Source of the DNA: Thermodesulfobacteriota bacterium
Lineage (GTDB): Bacteria > Desulfobacterota > Desulfobulbia > Desulfobulbales > BM004
Direction of reading: 5' to 3'
NCBI GenBank assembly: GCA_042576125.1
Contig: JBHPCH010000001.1
Location: forward strand, 1-63,856
DNA length: 63,856 nt
Numbering within the stretch: position 1 is the stretch's first letter; each line of letters starts with the position of its first letter. The translations under genes were made by a program, and so were the position numbers. This document shows positions 29,994-40,330 of this stretch, in pieces. The notes under the pieces were generated by a model, which had not been told where the DNA came from, did no database searches, and saw nothing but the letters and a program-made list of their open reading frames with translations.

Positions 29994-31538
29994 ATGGAGA
30001 AAAAGAAAGTAAGGGCTCTGTTTCTTTGTACGGCCAATGCGGCCCGTAGCCAGATGGCAGCCGGGATTGTCAAAAACGATTTTGGTGACAGGATTGAGAC
30101 ATTTTCAGCCGGGACGAATCCGAAAGGTGTAAGCCGGCTGGCCATCATGGTCCTTGATGAGATCGGTATTGATATCAGTTCCGAAACCTCTGATCATCTG
30201 GACAAATACAAGGACATGCAGTTTGATTACGTTATCACCCTTTGCAATGATGCCAATGAAAACTGCCCGGTATTCTTCGGGGGCATCCAGAGGCTGCATA
30301 TGGGATTTAACGATCCGCCCCATTCCAATGATGCAACTGAGGAAAACCTTGAGGAGTTCAGAGAGGTGCGGGATGCCATTCGTTTTAAGATGAAGAATTT
30401 TTTTGCCGCAGAACTGGCAAAAAAAGATACTGAAGCCCCAAGAGAAGTGGAAGATCAGCAGGTAAAAAAGCTGAGCTTTCTCGACAGGTTTTTAACCCTG
30501 TGGATATTTCTGGCGATGTTTGTTGGAGTCGGGGGTGGTTATTTTTTTCCGGGCATTAAGGATGTTATTAATTCCTTCCAGGTTGGGACAACAAATATAC
30601 CCATTGCCATAGGTCTGATTCTGATGATGTACCCGCCGCTTGCCAAGGTGAAGTACGAGCAGCTGCACCAGGTTTTCAGGAATACCCGGGTACTGGTTCT
30701 GTCGCTCGTGCAGAACTGGATAATCGGGCCGGTACTCATGTTTCTCCTGGCCATAGCCTTTCTTTCCGGCCACCAGGAATATATGGTGGGCCTCATCCTT
30801 ATCGGCCTGGCCCGCTGCATTGCCATGGTCATTGTCTGGAATGATCTGGCCCGGGGTGATACGGAGTACTGCGCCGGCCTGGTGGCATTCAACTCAATCT
30901 TCCAGGTGCTGTTTTTCTCTGTCTATGCCTACCTGTTTATCACAGTCATACCGGGTTGGCTCGGCATGAAAGGGGCAGTGGTAGACATTACCATGGGGGA
31001 AATTGCCAAATCCGTTTTCATTTATCTCGGTATCCCCTTCCTGGCCGGTATGTTTTCGCGCCTGATCGGCATAAAAACAATGGGCAAGACCTGGTATGAA
31101 GAGACTTTTATTCCTAAAATCAGTCCCATTACCCTGATCGCTCTTTTGTTTACCATCCTGGTCATGTTCTCCCTCAAAGGTGAAATTATTGTGCAGCTTC
31201 CCTTTGATGTGTTTCGGATAGCTGTGCCGCTCTGTATCTATTTTGTCGTAATGTTTCTGGTCTCTTTTTTCCTTTCCCTGAAAGCGGGGGCAACTTACGA
31301 ACAGTCAACCACCTTGAGCTTTACCGCTGCCTCTAACAATTTTGAGCTGGCAATTGCCGTGGCGGTTTCCGTATTCGGCATAGACTCAGGCCAGGCTTTT
31401 GCCGCGGTGATAGGCCCGCTGGTCGAAGTGCCGGTGCTTATAGGCCTGGTGTCTGTTGCTTTGAAATTCAAACAGAAATATTTCCCCCATGTTTTAGAGA
31501 CGCCCACAGGGATATGCCATGTGTCATGCAAACAATAA
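29994..31538 (+). CDS. Fusion protein: LMW-PTP-type arsenate reductase (ArsC) plus ACR3 arsenite efflux permease
   Basis: The N-terminal ~140 aa carry the CX5R P-loop ([10 protein letters not shown]) and the Cys pair [11 protein letters not shown], as in thioredoxin-coupled ArsC. An acidic linker follows, then the ACR3 body ([13 protein letters not shown]..., RCIAMV). The track starts at GTG 29979; the ATG at 29994 is more likely. Confidence 0.85.
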   Translation: MEKKKVRALFLCTANAARSQMAAGIVKNDFGDRIETFSAGTNPKGVSRLAIMVLDEIGIDISSETSDHLDKYKDMQFDYVITLCNDANENCPVFFGGIQRLHMGFNDPPHSNDATEENLEEFREVRDAIRFKMKNFFAAELAKKDTEAPREVEDQQVKKLSFLDRFLTLWIFLAMFVGVGGGYFFPGIKDVINSFQVGTTNIPIAIGLILMMYPPLAKVKYEQLHQVFRNTRVLVLSLVQNWIIGPVLMFLLAIAFLSGHQEYMVGLILIGLARCIAMVIVWNDLARGDTEYCAGLVAFNSIFQVLFFSVYAYLFITVIPGWLGMKGAVVDITMGEIAKSVFIYLGIPFLAGMFSRLIGIKTMGKTWYEETFIPKISPITLIALLFTILVMFSLKGEIIVQLPFDVFRIAVPLCIYFVVMFLVSFFLSLKAGATYEQSTTLSFTAASNNFELAIAVAVSVFGIDSGQAFAAVIGPLVEVPVLIGLVSVALKFKQKYFPHVLETPTGICHVSCKQ

Positions 31539-31880
31539 TTCTTTTATTTTTGAAGGGATAGGAGATGCACAATAAGAAGATCCTCGTAGTTGAGGACGAA
31601 TAAGTTCTACAGGAAGCCAGGTGGTCTGATTTTTGTTGCTGATAAAACTAAAATTTATTGCCTGATTAAGGAAAATATGTTTTCAAGGCGAAGAATTCTT
31701 ACCATTTAAAATCATTAATAATGAAAATTTGCCCGAGAGGAATAAACTACTTAATGTTAAAAGAAATAAACAGTCTTGTTATGTAATACTCATAAAAATC
31801 TAACAAAAATGATTAATAATAACCAGCATGGAAAATGGCCGACAAAGCCATATACCCGTCAAAGCAATTGAGGTAAACAT

Positions 31881-32552
31881 ATGAATATCATACGGGATTT
31901 ATTCGGTAAATCGCCTTTCGCTCCTTTAGTTGAGCATACAAAAAAGGTTCACGAATGCGTCGAAATGCTTAAACCGCTCATGGAAGCGCTGGTAAATGAG
32001 GATTATGACGAAATCCGCAAAATCCAGGATAAAATTTCCAGACTTGAATATGAGGCGGATACAATCAAGCATGATGTGCGTGAGCATCTGCCCCGGCGTT
32101 ACTTTATGCCGGTTGAGCGGGGGGACCTGGAAGGCTTTATCAGCTGTCAGGACAATATAGCTGACAAAGCTGAGGATTTTGCAGTTATCCTTACCTTGCG
32201 CAAGACCAAACTTCATCCTGCTGTCATGGATAAGTTCTTTGATTTCCTGGATCAGATCTTTCAGGTTACCGGAACACTCCTTGGCGCTGCGGTAGAGCTG
32301 AATAATCTTGCAGAGGTTTCTTTCAGCGGTGCTGAAGCCAAACATGTCCTTGACATCCTCCATGGGCTTAACGAGGAGGAATGGAAGGCAGACCGGTTAG
32401 CACGTAGTCTGAGTAAGGATGTCTACCGTCTAGAAGATCAACTGGATCCGATCACTATTATATTTTATGAAAAGATGATCATTGCTTTAGGCTCTATCGC
32501 CAATGAAGCAGAAAATGCCGGCGACAAGCTCAGGACCATGATCCTTAAATAG
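31881..32552 (+). CDS. PhoU-like DUF47 (TIGR00153) protein, phosphate-transport accessory/regulator
   Basis: 223 aa and all-helical, positioned directly upstream of a PiT transporter as in the conserved DUF47-PiT gene pair. Confidence 0.75.
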   Translation: MNIIRDLFGKSPFAPLVEHTKKVHECVEMLKPLMEALVNEDYDEIRKIQDKISRLEYEADTIKHDVREHLPRRYFMPVERGDLEGFISCQDNIADKAEDFAVILTLRKTKLHPAVMDKFFDFLDQIFQVTGTLLGAAVELNNLAEVSFSGAEAKHVLDILHGLNEEEWKADRLARSLSKDVYRLEDQLDPITIIFYEKMIIALGSIANEAENAGDKLRTMILK

Positions 32553-32579
32553 TTTTATTCAGAACCCACCACTGATTCC

Positions 32580-33902
32580 ATGGATATTATAATATTAGCC
32601 GCGATGGCCCTCCTGGGGCTTTATATGGCCTGGAACATAGGAGCGAACGATGTGGCTAATTCCATGGCCGATGCCGTCGGCTCCGGGGCCTTATCCGTTA
32701 AACAGGCGGTCATTGCAGCAGGCATCTGTGAGTTTGCCGGTGCTGTCCTGGTCGGCTCCCACGTAACAGATACAATCCGCAAAGGTATTGTTGACCCCTC
32801 AGCCATAGCCTCGATTCCTGGTATGCTGGAGGGTGAACCGGCAGCACTCCTGGTCATCGGCATGTCAGCTGCCCTGTTGTCAGCAGCCCTCTGGCTTAAT
32901 TTTGCCACCTGGACCGGAATGCCTGTTTCCACTACCCACTCCATTGTCGGCGCAGTGGCTGGTTTCGGCATTGTTGCAGCCGGTATCGGTTCTGTCCACT
33001 GGGGCAAGATGGGGCAGATTGTGGCCAGCTGGTTTATTTCTCCCTTTGCCGGCGGCCTCATGGCCTTTATTCTTTTCAAAATCATCAGTAAAGCCATTCT
33101 CGGCCAGGAAAAGCCGGCTAAGGCAGCCATCAAAGTCACGCCGTATATTGTTTTCTTTTTAGCCATGGTTGTAACCCTGGCCACAATTTATAAAGGATTT
33201 AAGCATGTCATTAAAGGGCTTGACTGGCTGACCGATACCCATACATTGCTTATCGCTGTGGTTATAAGTGTAATAGCTACCCTTGTATCAAGGATTCATG
33301 TAAAGAAGAAACTGGAAGGCAAGGAATCCCTGCCACTTCATCAACAGCTTGAGAAGGTTGAAGAAGTCTATGTACCCCTGGTTATTATAAGCTCCTGTGC
33401 TGTGGCTTTTGCCCATGGTGCCAATGATGTGGCGAATTCGGTAGGTCCCCTGGCCGCCGTGGCAAATATATTAAAGACTGGCACGGTGGAGATGAAAGTG
33501 CCCGTGCCCATGTGGATCCTGATGCTGGGTGGTGGTGGCATTGTGCTTGGCCTGGGTACTTATGGCTACAGGGTTATGGCAACTGTTGGGACCAAGATTA
33601 CCGAAATCACCCCAACCCGTGGAGTTGCTGCCGATATTGCCGCAACTGCCACGGTTCTCATCTGCACCCGTATGAAACTGCCTGTTTCAACAACGCATAC
33701 CCTGGTGGGAGCTATAATGGGTATTGGCCTGGCCCGTGGTCTTTCAGGTATTGACAGCCGTATCGCAAAAAAGATTTTTAAATCCTGGATTATCACTGTC
33801 CCCGCTGCAGCAATAGTTTGTATCATTCTTTTTCTGCTTGGCAGGGCATTTATGCTTGATTTTGTAAGGGGGTTGGTGCTCGCTGCCAGGGCCGCCGGTT
33901 AA
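32580..33902 (+). CDS. pit: Inorganic phosphate transporter, PiT family
   Basis: 440 aa with two copies of the PiT signature GANDVANS (GANDVANSMADAVGSG and GANDVANSVGPL). Confidence 0.9.
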   Translation: MDIIILAAMALLGLYMAWNIGANDVANSMADAVGSGALSVKQAVIAAGICEFAGAVLVGSHVTDTIRKGIVDPSAIASIPGMLEGEPAALLVIGMSAALLSAALWLNFATWTGMPVSTTHSIVGAVAGFGIVAAGIGSVHWGKMGQIVASWFISPFAGGLMAFILFKIISKAILGQEKPAKAAIKVTPYIVFFLAMVVTLATIYKGFKHVIKGLDWLTDTHTLLIAVVISVIATLVSRIHVKKKLEGKESLPLHQQLEKVEEVYVPLVIISSCAVAFAHGANDVANSVGPLAAVANILKTGTVEMKVPVPMWILMLGGGGIVLGLGTYGYRVMATVGTKITEITPTRGVAADIAATATVLICTRMKLPVSTTHTLVGAIMGIGLARGLSGIDSRIAKKIFKSWIITVPAAAIVCIILFLLGRAFMLDFVRGLVLAARAAG

Positions 33903-33903
33903 C

Positions 33904-34049
33904 CCGCATTTCTCAAAAACAATAGAGCCGCATCTACATCGGAGTTTCCTTACAGGCGTTTACCTGTCGCAGGGAATTGGGCATATTCTTAATATAGCGC
34001 AATTCCCTGTTCCTCGTATCTGCAACTTTCTCGCCTGTGAGAAATGCGG
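33904..34049. repeat. Compound palindromic element between convergent pit and nfo
   Basis: Outer perfect 12-bp inverted repeat CCGCATTTCTCA (33904-33915) / TGAGAAATGCGG (34038-34049). Inner perfect 10-bp inverted repeat CAGGGAATTG (33970-33979) / CAATTCCCTG (34000-34009). Confidence 0.75.
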
Positions 34050-34065
34050 ATTAAGGTCTACTTGA

Positions 34066-34929
34066 TTATTTTTCCTTTTTTTCTATCAGACTTCTTAACA
34101 ATTTCAGGTTTTCAATATCTTCCTTCAGGTCTTTTTCTTTGGGAGTTTCCAGTATCATGGGATGCCCTGCAAAACGCGGATCGTTCATAAGAAGTCTGAA
34201 TCCCTCCAATCCAATTTCTCCTTTGCCGATATGTTCATGGCGGTCAACTTTGGAGCCCAATCCTTTTTTTGAATCATTGAGATGGAAAAATTTCAGCCGC
34301 TCTAGTCCTATAATTTTGTCAAAAACTGCAAAGGTCTTTTCATATCCTGCTGAAGTGTTTATTTCATACCCTGCTGCAAAGGCATGACAGGTATCAAAAC
34401 AGACACCCAAGCGTTTACTGAAGGTAGAGTTGTTAATAACATAAGACAACTCCTCAAAGCTTGAACCGAGACCGGTGCCCTGGCCTGCTGTTGTTTCAAG
34501 CAGGATCATAACCGATTGAGCATCAGCTGCCGCTGTAAAAGCCCGGTCCAGATTTACAGTCAGCTGCTCAAGGCCTTTTTCAATGCCTGAACCTAAATGG
34601 GAGCCAGGGTGCATGATCAGGTAGGGAATAGATAGTTGATCAGCCCGGCGGATCTCTTCTGCAAAAGCACCAACCGCCCTGTTCGCCTTTTTTTCATCAG
34701 GATTTGCCAGGTTGATAAGATATGAGTTGTGGACGGCGACAGGGCCTTTACCCCATTGGTTCCAAGTCTTAATAAATTCTTCAATCCCGGCAGGACTCAA
34801 CTCCGGCACTTTCCATTGCCGCTGATTCTTGGAGAATATCTGCAGGGACTGCCCCCCGACCAGGGTGATCCTTTCAAAGGCTTTATGCAGGCCTCCCTCA
34901 ATGGACATGTGAGCACCTAAAAGTGGCAT
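34066..34929 (-). CDS. nfo: Endonuclease IV (AP endonuclease)
   Basis: 287 aa with N-terminus MPLLGAHMSIEGG and the metal-ligand motifs HNSYLINL, HPGSH and FHLNDSK. Confidence 0.9.
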   Translation of the reverse strand: MPLLGAHMSIEGGLHKAFERITLVGGQSLQIFSKNQRQWKVPELSPAGIEEFIKTWNQWGKGPVAVHNSYLINLANPDEKKANRAVGAFAEEIRRADQLSIPYLIMHPGSHLGSGIEKGLEQLTVNLDRAFTAAADAQSVMILLETTAGQGTGLGSSFEELSYVINNSTFSKRLGVCFDTCHAFAAGYEINTSAGYEKTFAVFDKIIGLERLKFFHLNDSKKGLGSKVDRHEHIGKGEIGLEGFRLLMNDPRFAGHPMILETPKEKDLKEDIENLKLLRSLIEKKEK

Positions 34930-35209
34930 TTTTATTCCTCAAAAAAATTATTTAGACCTGATTTCAATGAAATTATTTATTACTGTATATTGTATTGGTG
35001 TAGTTTTAAAATAAAAAACGACACTAATTGACGGCAGGCCCTGGCCTGACAATTGCATGTATGTTTTTGTAATTTTTTTTCATTCCCGGCAGAGTTTGTA
35101 AACTATATTGTTGACCAGAAAACCAAAAAATTATAGGTTAATTAACTTGTTAGTCTAATTTTTCAATAAAGTCAGTTGTCAGCCAAGAGCTAATAACAGG
35201 AGGACCCCG

Positions 35210-37075
35210 ATGAATGCAAAGATGATGACAGGCCGAAAAGTAGTTTTTGGGGCCTTGATATTCTTGTTTGCTTTAATCCCTCAACTTGCTGCTGCTGGAG
35301 AATCGTGCGAAGAGCGCGAAGCCTTGCTGCAGCAATCGGTGACAGTGCCGGACTATGATAAATTCATCAGTGATAACAGTCCATGCGAGTTAGCCTTTGT
35401 TGCTGTGCAGAGGCTTGCCGCATCCTATGTTAATAATAAAAACTGGCCCGCTGCAGCTGCTGTCTATAAAAAATATAAAGCGAATTTTTCCGTCATGGAT
35501 GACAGGTTTGATAAGATAATAAACCTGCTTGAAGCCCCTGAAGAGAATTTACAGAACTATCCTGTTGGCAGTGGTGTGAACACACGGGGATCTGAATTCA
35601 GACCGATAATTTCTGCCGACAGCCAGACGCTTTATTTTACGCGAAACAGGGGTGAAGAAGCCGGAGGTGAGGATATTTATTCTTCAAACTGGTATAGACG
35701 CAGCTGGCAAAAGGCTGACAATATAGGGCCACCGGTTTCAACGCCGAGCCATGAAATGATCCTTGGTGTTTCTGCAGACAACAATAAAATCACCCTGTTT
35801 GCCAATTACCCGGAGTCATTTGGGCGCGGGGATATCTTTTATGCTGAAAAGGGCAAGCAATGCTGGTCTGAAATCAAACATTACCCTGCCCCGATAAACA
35901 CCGAGTATTTTGACAGTGATGCCATGCTTGCTGCTGATGGCAGAACCATGTTGCTTGTGTCTGACCGACCGGGGAATGTCGGTTCCTTTAAGGAAAAGGA
36001 AGAATTGTTTCATGGTGGGTATGCAGGTAATACAGATATTTACGTTTATGCTCAAACACCTTCAGGAGAAGGTCAGCTTATCAACCTTGGCGCAACAGTA
36101 AATACCCCTTTTGCAGAATATTCACCGTTCCTGCATCCGGACGGCAGGACATTGTATTTCAGTTCAGAGGGGCATTACGGACTTGGCGGACTTGATGTCT
36201 TTGTAACGACCAGGAAAAGTATGTCTTCCTGGACTGAGTGGACCGAACCTGTAAACCTTGGCAAGGAAGTAAATGGCCCCTACCATGACTGGGGATTCCA
36301 GATAACCACTGGCGGAGATCTTGCCTATTATGCCACATCAGAGAAGAAAAATGATTGTTGGGAGGGGGATATCTCCTCACCGCAGACAGGATGCGGCCCC
36401 AGTGATATTTTTGCAACCGAACTACCTGCAGCAGCCAGGCCTTTTGTGGCTGTGGCTGTTTACGGCAAGGTCATGGACCCTGATAAAAAACCCCTGGAAG
36501 CCCGGATTCTCTGGAATGATCTGACCCTTAATAAAACTGCCGGTGAAGCCAAAAGCGATCCGGATTCCGGTGATTATTTTATTGTCTTGCCTGCAGGCCA
36601 TAAGTATGGATATTCTGCAGAAAAAGAAGGGTATATGGGAGCCTCTGAAACCCTGGATTTCACAGATGTCAAGATGTATACCGAGTACAGGCATGACATT
36701 ATCCTCTATCCCATCGAAAAGCTGGTGGAAGAGAAGATTGCCCTGACAATGAATAATATCTTTTTTGATTTTGATAAGTCCACTCTCCGTCCCGAGTCAT
36801 ACCACGAGTTGAACCGCTGGGTGGATGTGTTTAAGAAAAATCGCGATCTCAAGGCAGAAATTCATGGCCATACATGCTGGTTAGGCACTGAAGAATATAA
36901 TCAGGGTCTTTCCGAGAGAAGGGCAACAGCGGTCATGGAATACCTTGTCTCTAAAGGAGTGGTCCAAAGCAGGCTCAGCATGATTGGATTTGGAGAGACG
37001 AAGCCTGCTGCCTCGAACGAGACTCAAAAAGGACGTGAAGCGAACAGGCGCGTCGAGGTTCTATTCACTAAATAG
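35210..37075 (+). CDS. OmpA-family protein with TolB-like (PD40) beta-propeller repeats
   Basis: Signal peptide, PD40-like repeats (FRPIISADSQTLYFTRN; EYSPFLHPDGRTLYFSS), and a C-terminal OmpA_C domain (NIFFDFDKSTL...GLSERRA...NRRVEV). Confidence 0.8.
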   Translation: MNAKMMTGRKVVFGALIFLFALIPQLAAAGESCEEREALLQQSVTVPDYDKFISDNSPCELAFVAVQRLAASYVNNKNWPAAAAVYKKYKANFSVMDDRFDKIINLLEAPEENLQNYPVGSGVNTRGSEFRPIISADSQTLYFTRNRGEEAGGEDIYSSNWYRRSWQKADNIGPPVSTPSHEMILGVSADNNKITLFANYPESFGRGDIFYAEKGKQCWSEIKHYPAPINTEYFDSDAMLAADGRTMLLVSDRPGNVGSFKEKEELFHGGYAGNTDIYVYAQTPSGEGQLINLGATVNTPFAEYSPFLHPDGRTLYFSSEGHYGLGGLDVFVTTRKSMSSWTEWTEPVNLGKEVNGPYHDWGFQITTGGDLAYYATSEKKNDCWEGDISSPQTGCGPSDIFATELPAAARPFVAVAVYGKVMDPDKKPLEARILWNDLTLNKTAGEAKSDPDSGDYFIVLPAGHKYGYSAEKEGYMGASETLDFTDVKMYTEYRHDIILYPIEKLVEEKIALTMNNIFFDFDKSTLRPESYHELNRWVDVFKKNRDLKAEIHGHTCWLGTEEYNQGLSERRATAVMEYLVSKGVVQSRLSMIGFGETKPAASNETQKGREANRRVEVLFTK

Positions 37076-37097
37076 TTAATTATTATATAATTATAGA

Positions 37098-37135
37098 AGC
37101 CGACCACAGTCTTGTGGTCGGCTTTTTTGTTTTTC
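37098..37135 (+). terminator. Intrinsic terminator of the OmpA-family gene
   Basis: AGCCGACCACA-GTCT-TGTGGTCGGCT (11-bp stem) followed by TTTTTGTTTTT. Confidence 0.75.
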
Positions 37136-37160
37136 AAATAAAAAATATTTTATAGCTATA

Positions 37161-37371
37161 TGTTCATTTTCTTTGCTTGTCCAAAGAAAACGAACCAGCA
37201 GTGAAGCGGCGAAAGAAAAGACAGCCTCTCACTCGCCGTTTCACTGCTGGCCTTCGGCTACTCTGCGCTGCTTGAAAAATTCGGGCGCTGAAAAACTCGC
37301 CATAATAAATGGCTCAGACAGTTTCAGCGCTATTCCGATTTTTTCTACACTGCTCGACTGCGTGAAATGGC
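37161..37371 (+). repeat. Structured intergenic repeat, copy B
   Basis: The first 66 nt match copy C at 65 positions. The element ends with CTGCTCGACTGCGTGAAATGGC. Confidence 0.8.
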
Positions 37372-37453
37372 AAAAACAAAAACTATGCCTCCTCTTGGTT
37401 TTCCCTGTTGAATACCAAAGGTTGTCTTATAACCAAACATTTTTAAAATGGCT

Positions 37454-38224
37454 TTATTGTTTGGACTCCAGCAGGTCCTGCCAATCCTGTTGAAGTATTT
37501 TTAGGGCGTCGTAGTTAGTGGGATCAAGATGCATGGGTGTTATGGAAATTTTGTTTACACTTATGGCAGCCGAATCAGTGTCTTCACCTGCATCAAATGA
37601 CGGGGTACCTCCGCCTATCCAGTAATGTTTTCGTCCCCACGGGTCGCAAGTCTCCTTGATAGCATCTTCATAAAGCCTCCTGCCTCTCCTGGTAAATGCC
37701 ACCCCGGCAATTTTGTCTGTAGTCGTGTTTGGAACATTGACATTGAGCAGGGTGTCCTGCGGCAGCCCTCTCTCCAGTATAAGGGCGGCAAGTTTCACCC
37801 CAAAGTCAGCTGCAGTTTCATAATAAAGAGGCGCTTCGTCTGGAAGGGCCAGGGACAGAGCCATTGACGGTATACCGAGCATGGTAGCCTCAATGGCTGC
37901 CGATACCGTTCCTGAGTAGCTCACATCATCGCCCAGGTTGGCACCCGGATTAATTCCTGAAATCAAAAGGTCCGGTTTTTCGGTCAGTATTTTACCAATA
38001 CCAATTGTGACGCAATCCGTTGGTGTGCCGTCAATGGAGTAGATATCCTTTTCGAGTTCCCTGACCCGCAGGGGTCTGTTCATGGTTAATGAGTGGGAGG
38101 CCGCACTGTTGTCATGGACCGGGGCGATAATGACTGTACTGCCTAATTTTTGAACTTTGCTGAAAAGGATTTGCAGTCCTGGGGCGTGAATTCCATCATC
38201 GTTAGTTAGCAGTATTTTTATCAT
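37454..38224 (-). CDS. surE: 5'/3'-nucleotidase SurE
   Basis: 256 aa with the signature N-terminus MIKILLTNDDGIHAPGL. Confidence 0.9.
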   Translation of the reverse strand: MIKILLTNDDGIHAPGLQILFSKVQKLGSTVIIAPVHDNSAASHSLTMNRPLRVRELEKDIYSIDGTPTDCVTIGIGKILTEKPDLLISGINPGANLGDDVSYSGTVSAAIEATMLGIPSMALSLALPDEAPLYYETAADFGVKLAALILERGLPQDTLLNVNVPNTTTDKIAGVAFTRRGRRLYEDAIKETCDPWGRKHYWIGGGTPSFDAGEDTDSAAISVNKISITPMHLDPTNYDALKILQQDWQDLLESKQ

Positions 38225-38249
38225 GTACCCGGCCCTGTGTGGAAAAAAT

Positions 38250-40085
38250 TTATTGTTGACGACTCCAGGCTTTCAGGTTTGCAGGCCATCTTTTATGAAG
38301 GAAAAAATCCATTTGACGCCTGTAAAAAACATGGTTCGCAGGGTCATAACGAATAGCCATTTCTTCATACTCAATAGCCTTTTCCAGCATATTGTTGGCC
38401 CAGTAGGCTGATGCCAGGGTGTCCAGGATATATCCTGTTCTCGGACTTAGCGATGACGCTTGTAAGGCCAGAGATAATGCCCGCTCAGGGTCAGAAACAA
38501 CCGGATTGCCGGACGTTATAAGAAGCCACGCCAGATTATTCAATATCTGAGGATTGTCCGGCTCCAGGGCAAGAGCTTTTTCATAAGCTGCCAGAGATTG
38601 TGCACCCTGACTCAACTCCTGTTTGAGGTCGCCCAGCAGACGATGCCAGATTGCTTTTTCCGGTTCCCGGTGCGCTTTTTGCTGTAATACAGCTTCAACG
38701 AATTTACTATTGGCCTGATCATCAAGCTCCATGGGCATGTTCCAGAATATTCCACCGCTGAATGCAAGCAGGACAATAAAAAGAATGAGACTTCCGTAAA
38801 CTTTGCGGTCGTGACGGGCAATTAATGGCTTGTCTTTACTGCATTTTTCCAAAAAGTCCACCCGCTGTCCGATACCGAAGTGATGCCAACTCGGTTTGTC
38901 GCGAATATTACCGCTCAACCAGCCGATTTTTTCCAGGGAACTGATCAGGGGTGTACTGTCACCAAGAGCTTTGAATACCTGCGTGTCTGCCTGCCGTTCA
39001 AAATTTCTCATAAAAAAACCAAAAACATAACGGAAGTAGACAATCATGATGATAAACATCGGAGCTGTACCCCAGAAATTTAATGCAGTTTCAGGGGCAA
39101 TCTTGGTTGCGTTGATTATGTGGTAAAAAAAATTTGAGTTTAATAGAAGGTAGAGTAAAGGGCTGGCGATCATGCTGGCTACAAGTCCGAAACCCATTAA
39201 AAGCAGGAGGTAAAGCTGAAGATGGTGTTTTTTGACATGACCGATTTCATGAGCCAGAACAGCTTCAATTTCATAAGGGGTTAGAGCTTCCAGAAGAGCC
39301 GGTGTGATGAGAAGGTACCTGTATCTTTTTGACAGACCCATAACTCCTGCTGTTAGCATTTTCCCTTCGTAAAAAGGCCAAAGCATTATGTCAGTGTAGC
39401 TGAATTGCTGTTTACGGCAGAATTCTTCCATATGTTCGCGGGCAGGACCTTCCGGCATTGTTTGGCAGTTCCAAAGATGTTTTATGAGCACAGGGAAAAA
39501 AACAGCCAGCAGAAGGAAGAAAAACAGTAACAGTATTGATTCCCCCCATTCTGATGAAACCAGACTTTTTACCAGCGGAAAAGGTAGAATATTGAGAATG
39601 TCAGCAATGAAATTGACTATGAGCCAAGGTAGAATTATTGGAATATTAAACTTAATATTGTTAATGACAAATTCTTTGGCAGAGTAGTGGCAATTGAAAA
39701 TTTTCAGGTAATTTTTTCTGGCAGCTACCCACAAAAGGGAAAGATAAAAGAAAAACAGGGCTATGCCTGCCAAGCTGAGCAATACAGGCAAATTACCGTT
39801 AAAGGAGAGAAAAGAAAGGTAATACTTTAAGTCTAGCAGATAGACATCAATTGCAAAAATTATAATTGCGAGAAGTGAAAACTTCTGCTCTATGTCAAAA
39901 TATCGCTTGTCATTGGAGACCCGTCTCCTGGAGTGGGCATAGTGGACGAGATAAAGATATGCTCCCCCTTTAACCAGGAAAACAATCAAGGCTGCAGTGA
40001 AGGGGATTTGCGGTGTATCCGGAACACTTACAGTTGAGAATATAATGATGACTGTGATGAGGTAAAGGAGGTTCTTGTAGATCAA
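38250..40085 (-). CDS. Membrane M48-family zinc metallopeptidase with C-terminal TPR repeats
   Basis: 611 aa with multiple TM helices, the zinc motif HEIGH (LAHEIGHVKKHH), and a TPR-like C-terminus. Confidence 0.75.
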   Translation of the reverse strand: MIYKNLLYLITVIIIFSTVSVPDTPQIPFTAALIVFLVKGGAYLYLVHYAHSRRRVSNDKRYFDIEQKFSLLAIIIFAIDVYLLDLKYYLSFLSFNGNLPVLLSLAGIALFFFYLSLLWVAARKNYLKIFNCHYSAKEFVINNIKFNIPIILPWLIVNFIADILNILPFPLVKSLVSSEWGESILLLFFFLLLAVFFPVLIKHLWNCQTMPEGPAREHMEEFCRKQQFSYTDIMLWPFYEGKMLTAGVMGLSKRYRYLLITPALLEALTPYEIEAVLAHEIGHVKKHHLQLYLLLLMGFGLVASMIASPLLYLLLNSNFFYHIINATKIAPETALNFWGTAPMFIIMIVYFRYVFGFFMRNFERQADTQVFKALGDSTPLISSLEKIGWLSGNIRDKPSWHHFGIGQRVDFLEKCSKDKPLIARHDRKVYGSLILFIVLLAFSGGIFWNMPMELDDQANSKFVEAVLQQKAHREPEKAIWHRLLGDLKQELSQGAQSLAAYEKALALEPDNPQILNNLAWLLITSGNPVVSDPERALSLALQASSLSPRTGYILDTLASAYWANNMLEKAIEYEEMAIRYDPANHVFYRRQMDFFLHKRWPANLKAWSRQQ

Positions 40086-40330
40086 AGTTGTGACCTGTTA
40101 TAAAAAGTGAAATGGTTATTTGATTAGCAGGAAAAGCATTTGCCCATAGGACAAGACAGGCTTTGCCATGAGTCATGCAAAATTTATATTAAAGAATGAG
40201 TAGGGTCAAGAGAAACCATTTTATCTGCATCAATCCTGGAGCATTAGTTAATCCCATTCAAATTACAGTGATTTAGAAGTTGACAAATATAATAGCCTGG
40301 AGTAAAAAAACAAATTCGGTTTTTTGGGAT

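Noticed and set aside
31700-31880. Possible Pho box upstream of the DUF47-pit pair
   Set aside because: There are only loose resemblances to CTGTCAT-type repeats (for example TGTTATGTAATACTCATAAAA), with no clear direct-repeat spacing.
32621-33184. 187-aa minus-strand ORF
   Set aside because: It is antisense to the PiT transporter gene. Its Ala/Pro/Thr-rich composition is typical of the reverse frame of a GC-rich membrane-protein gene.
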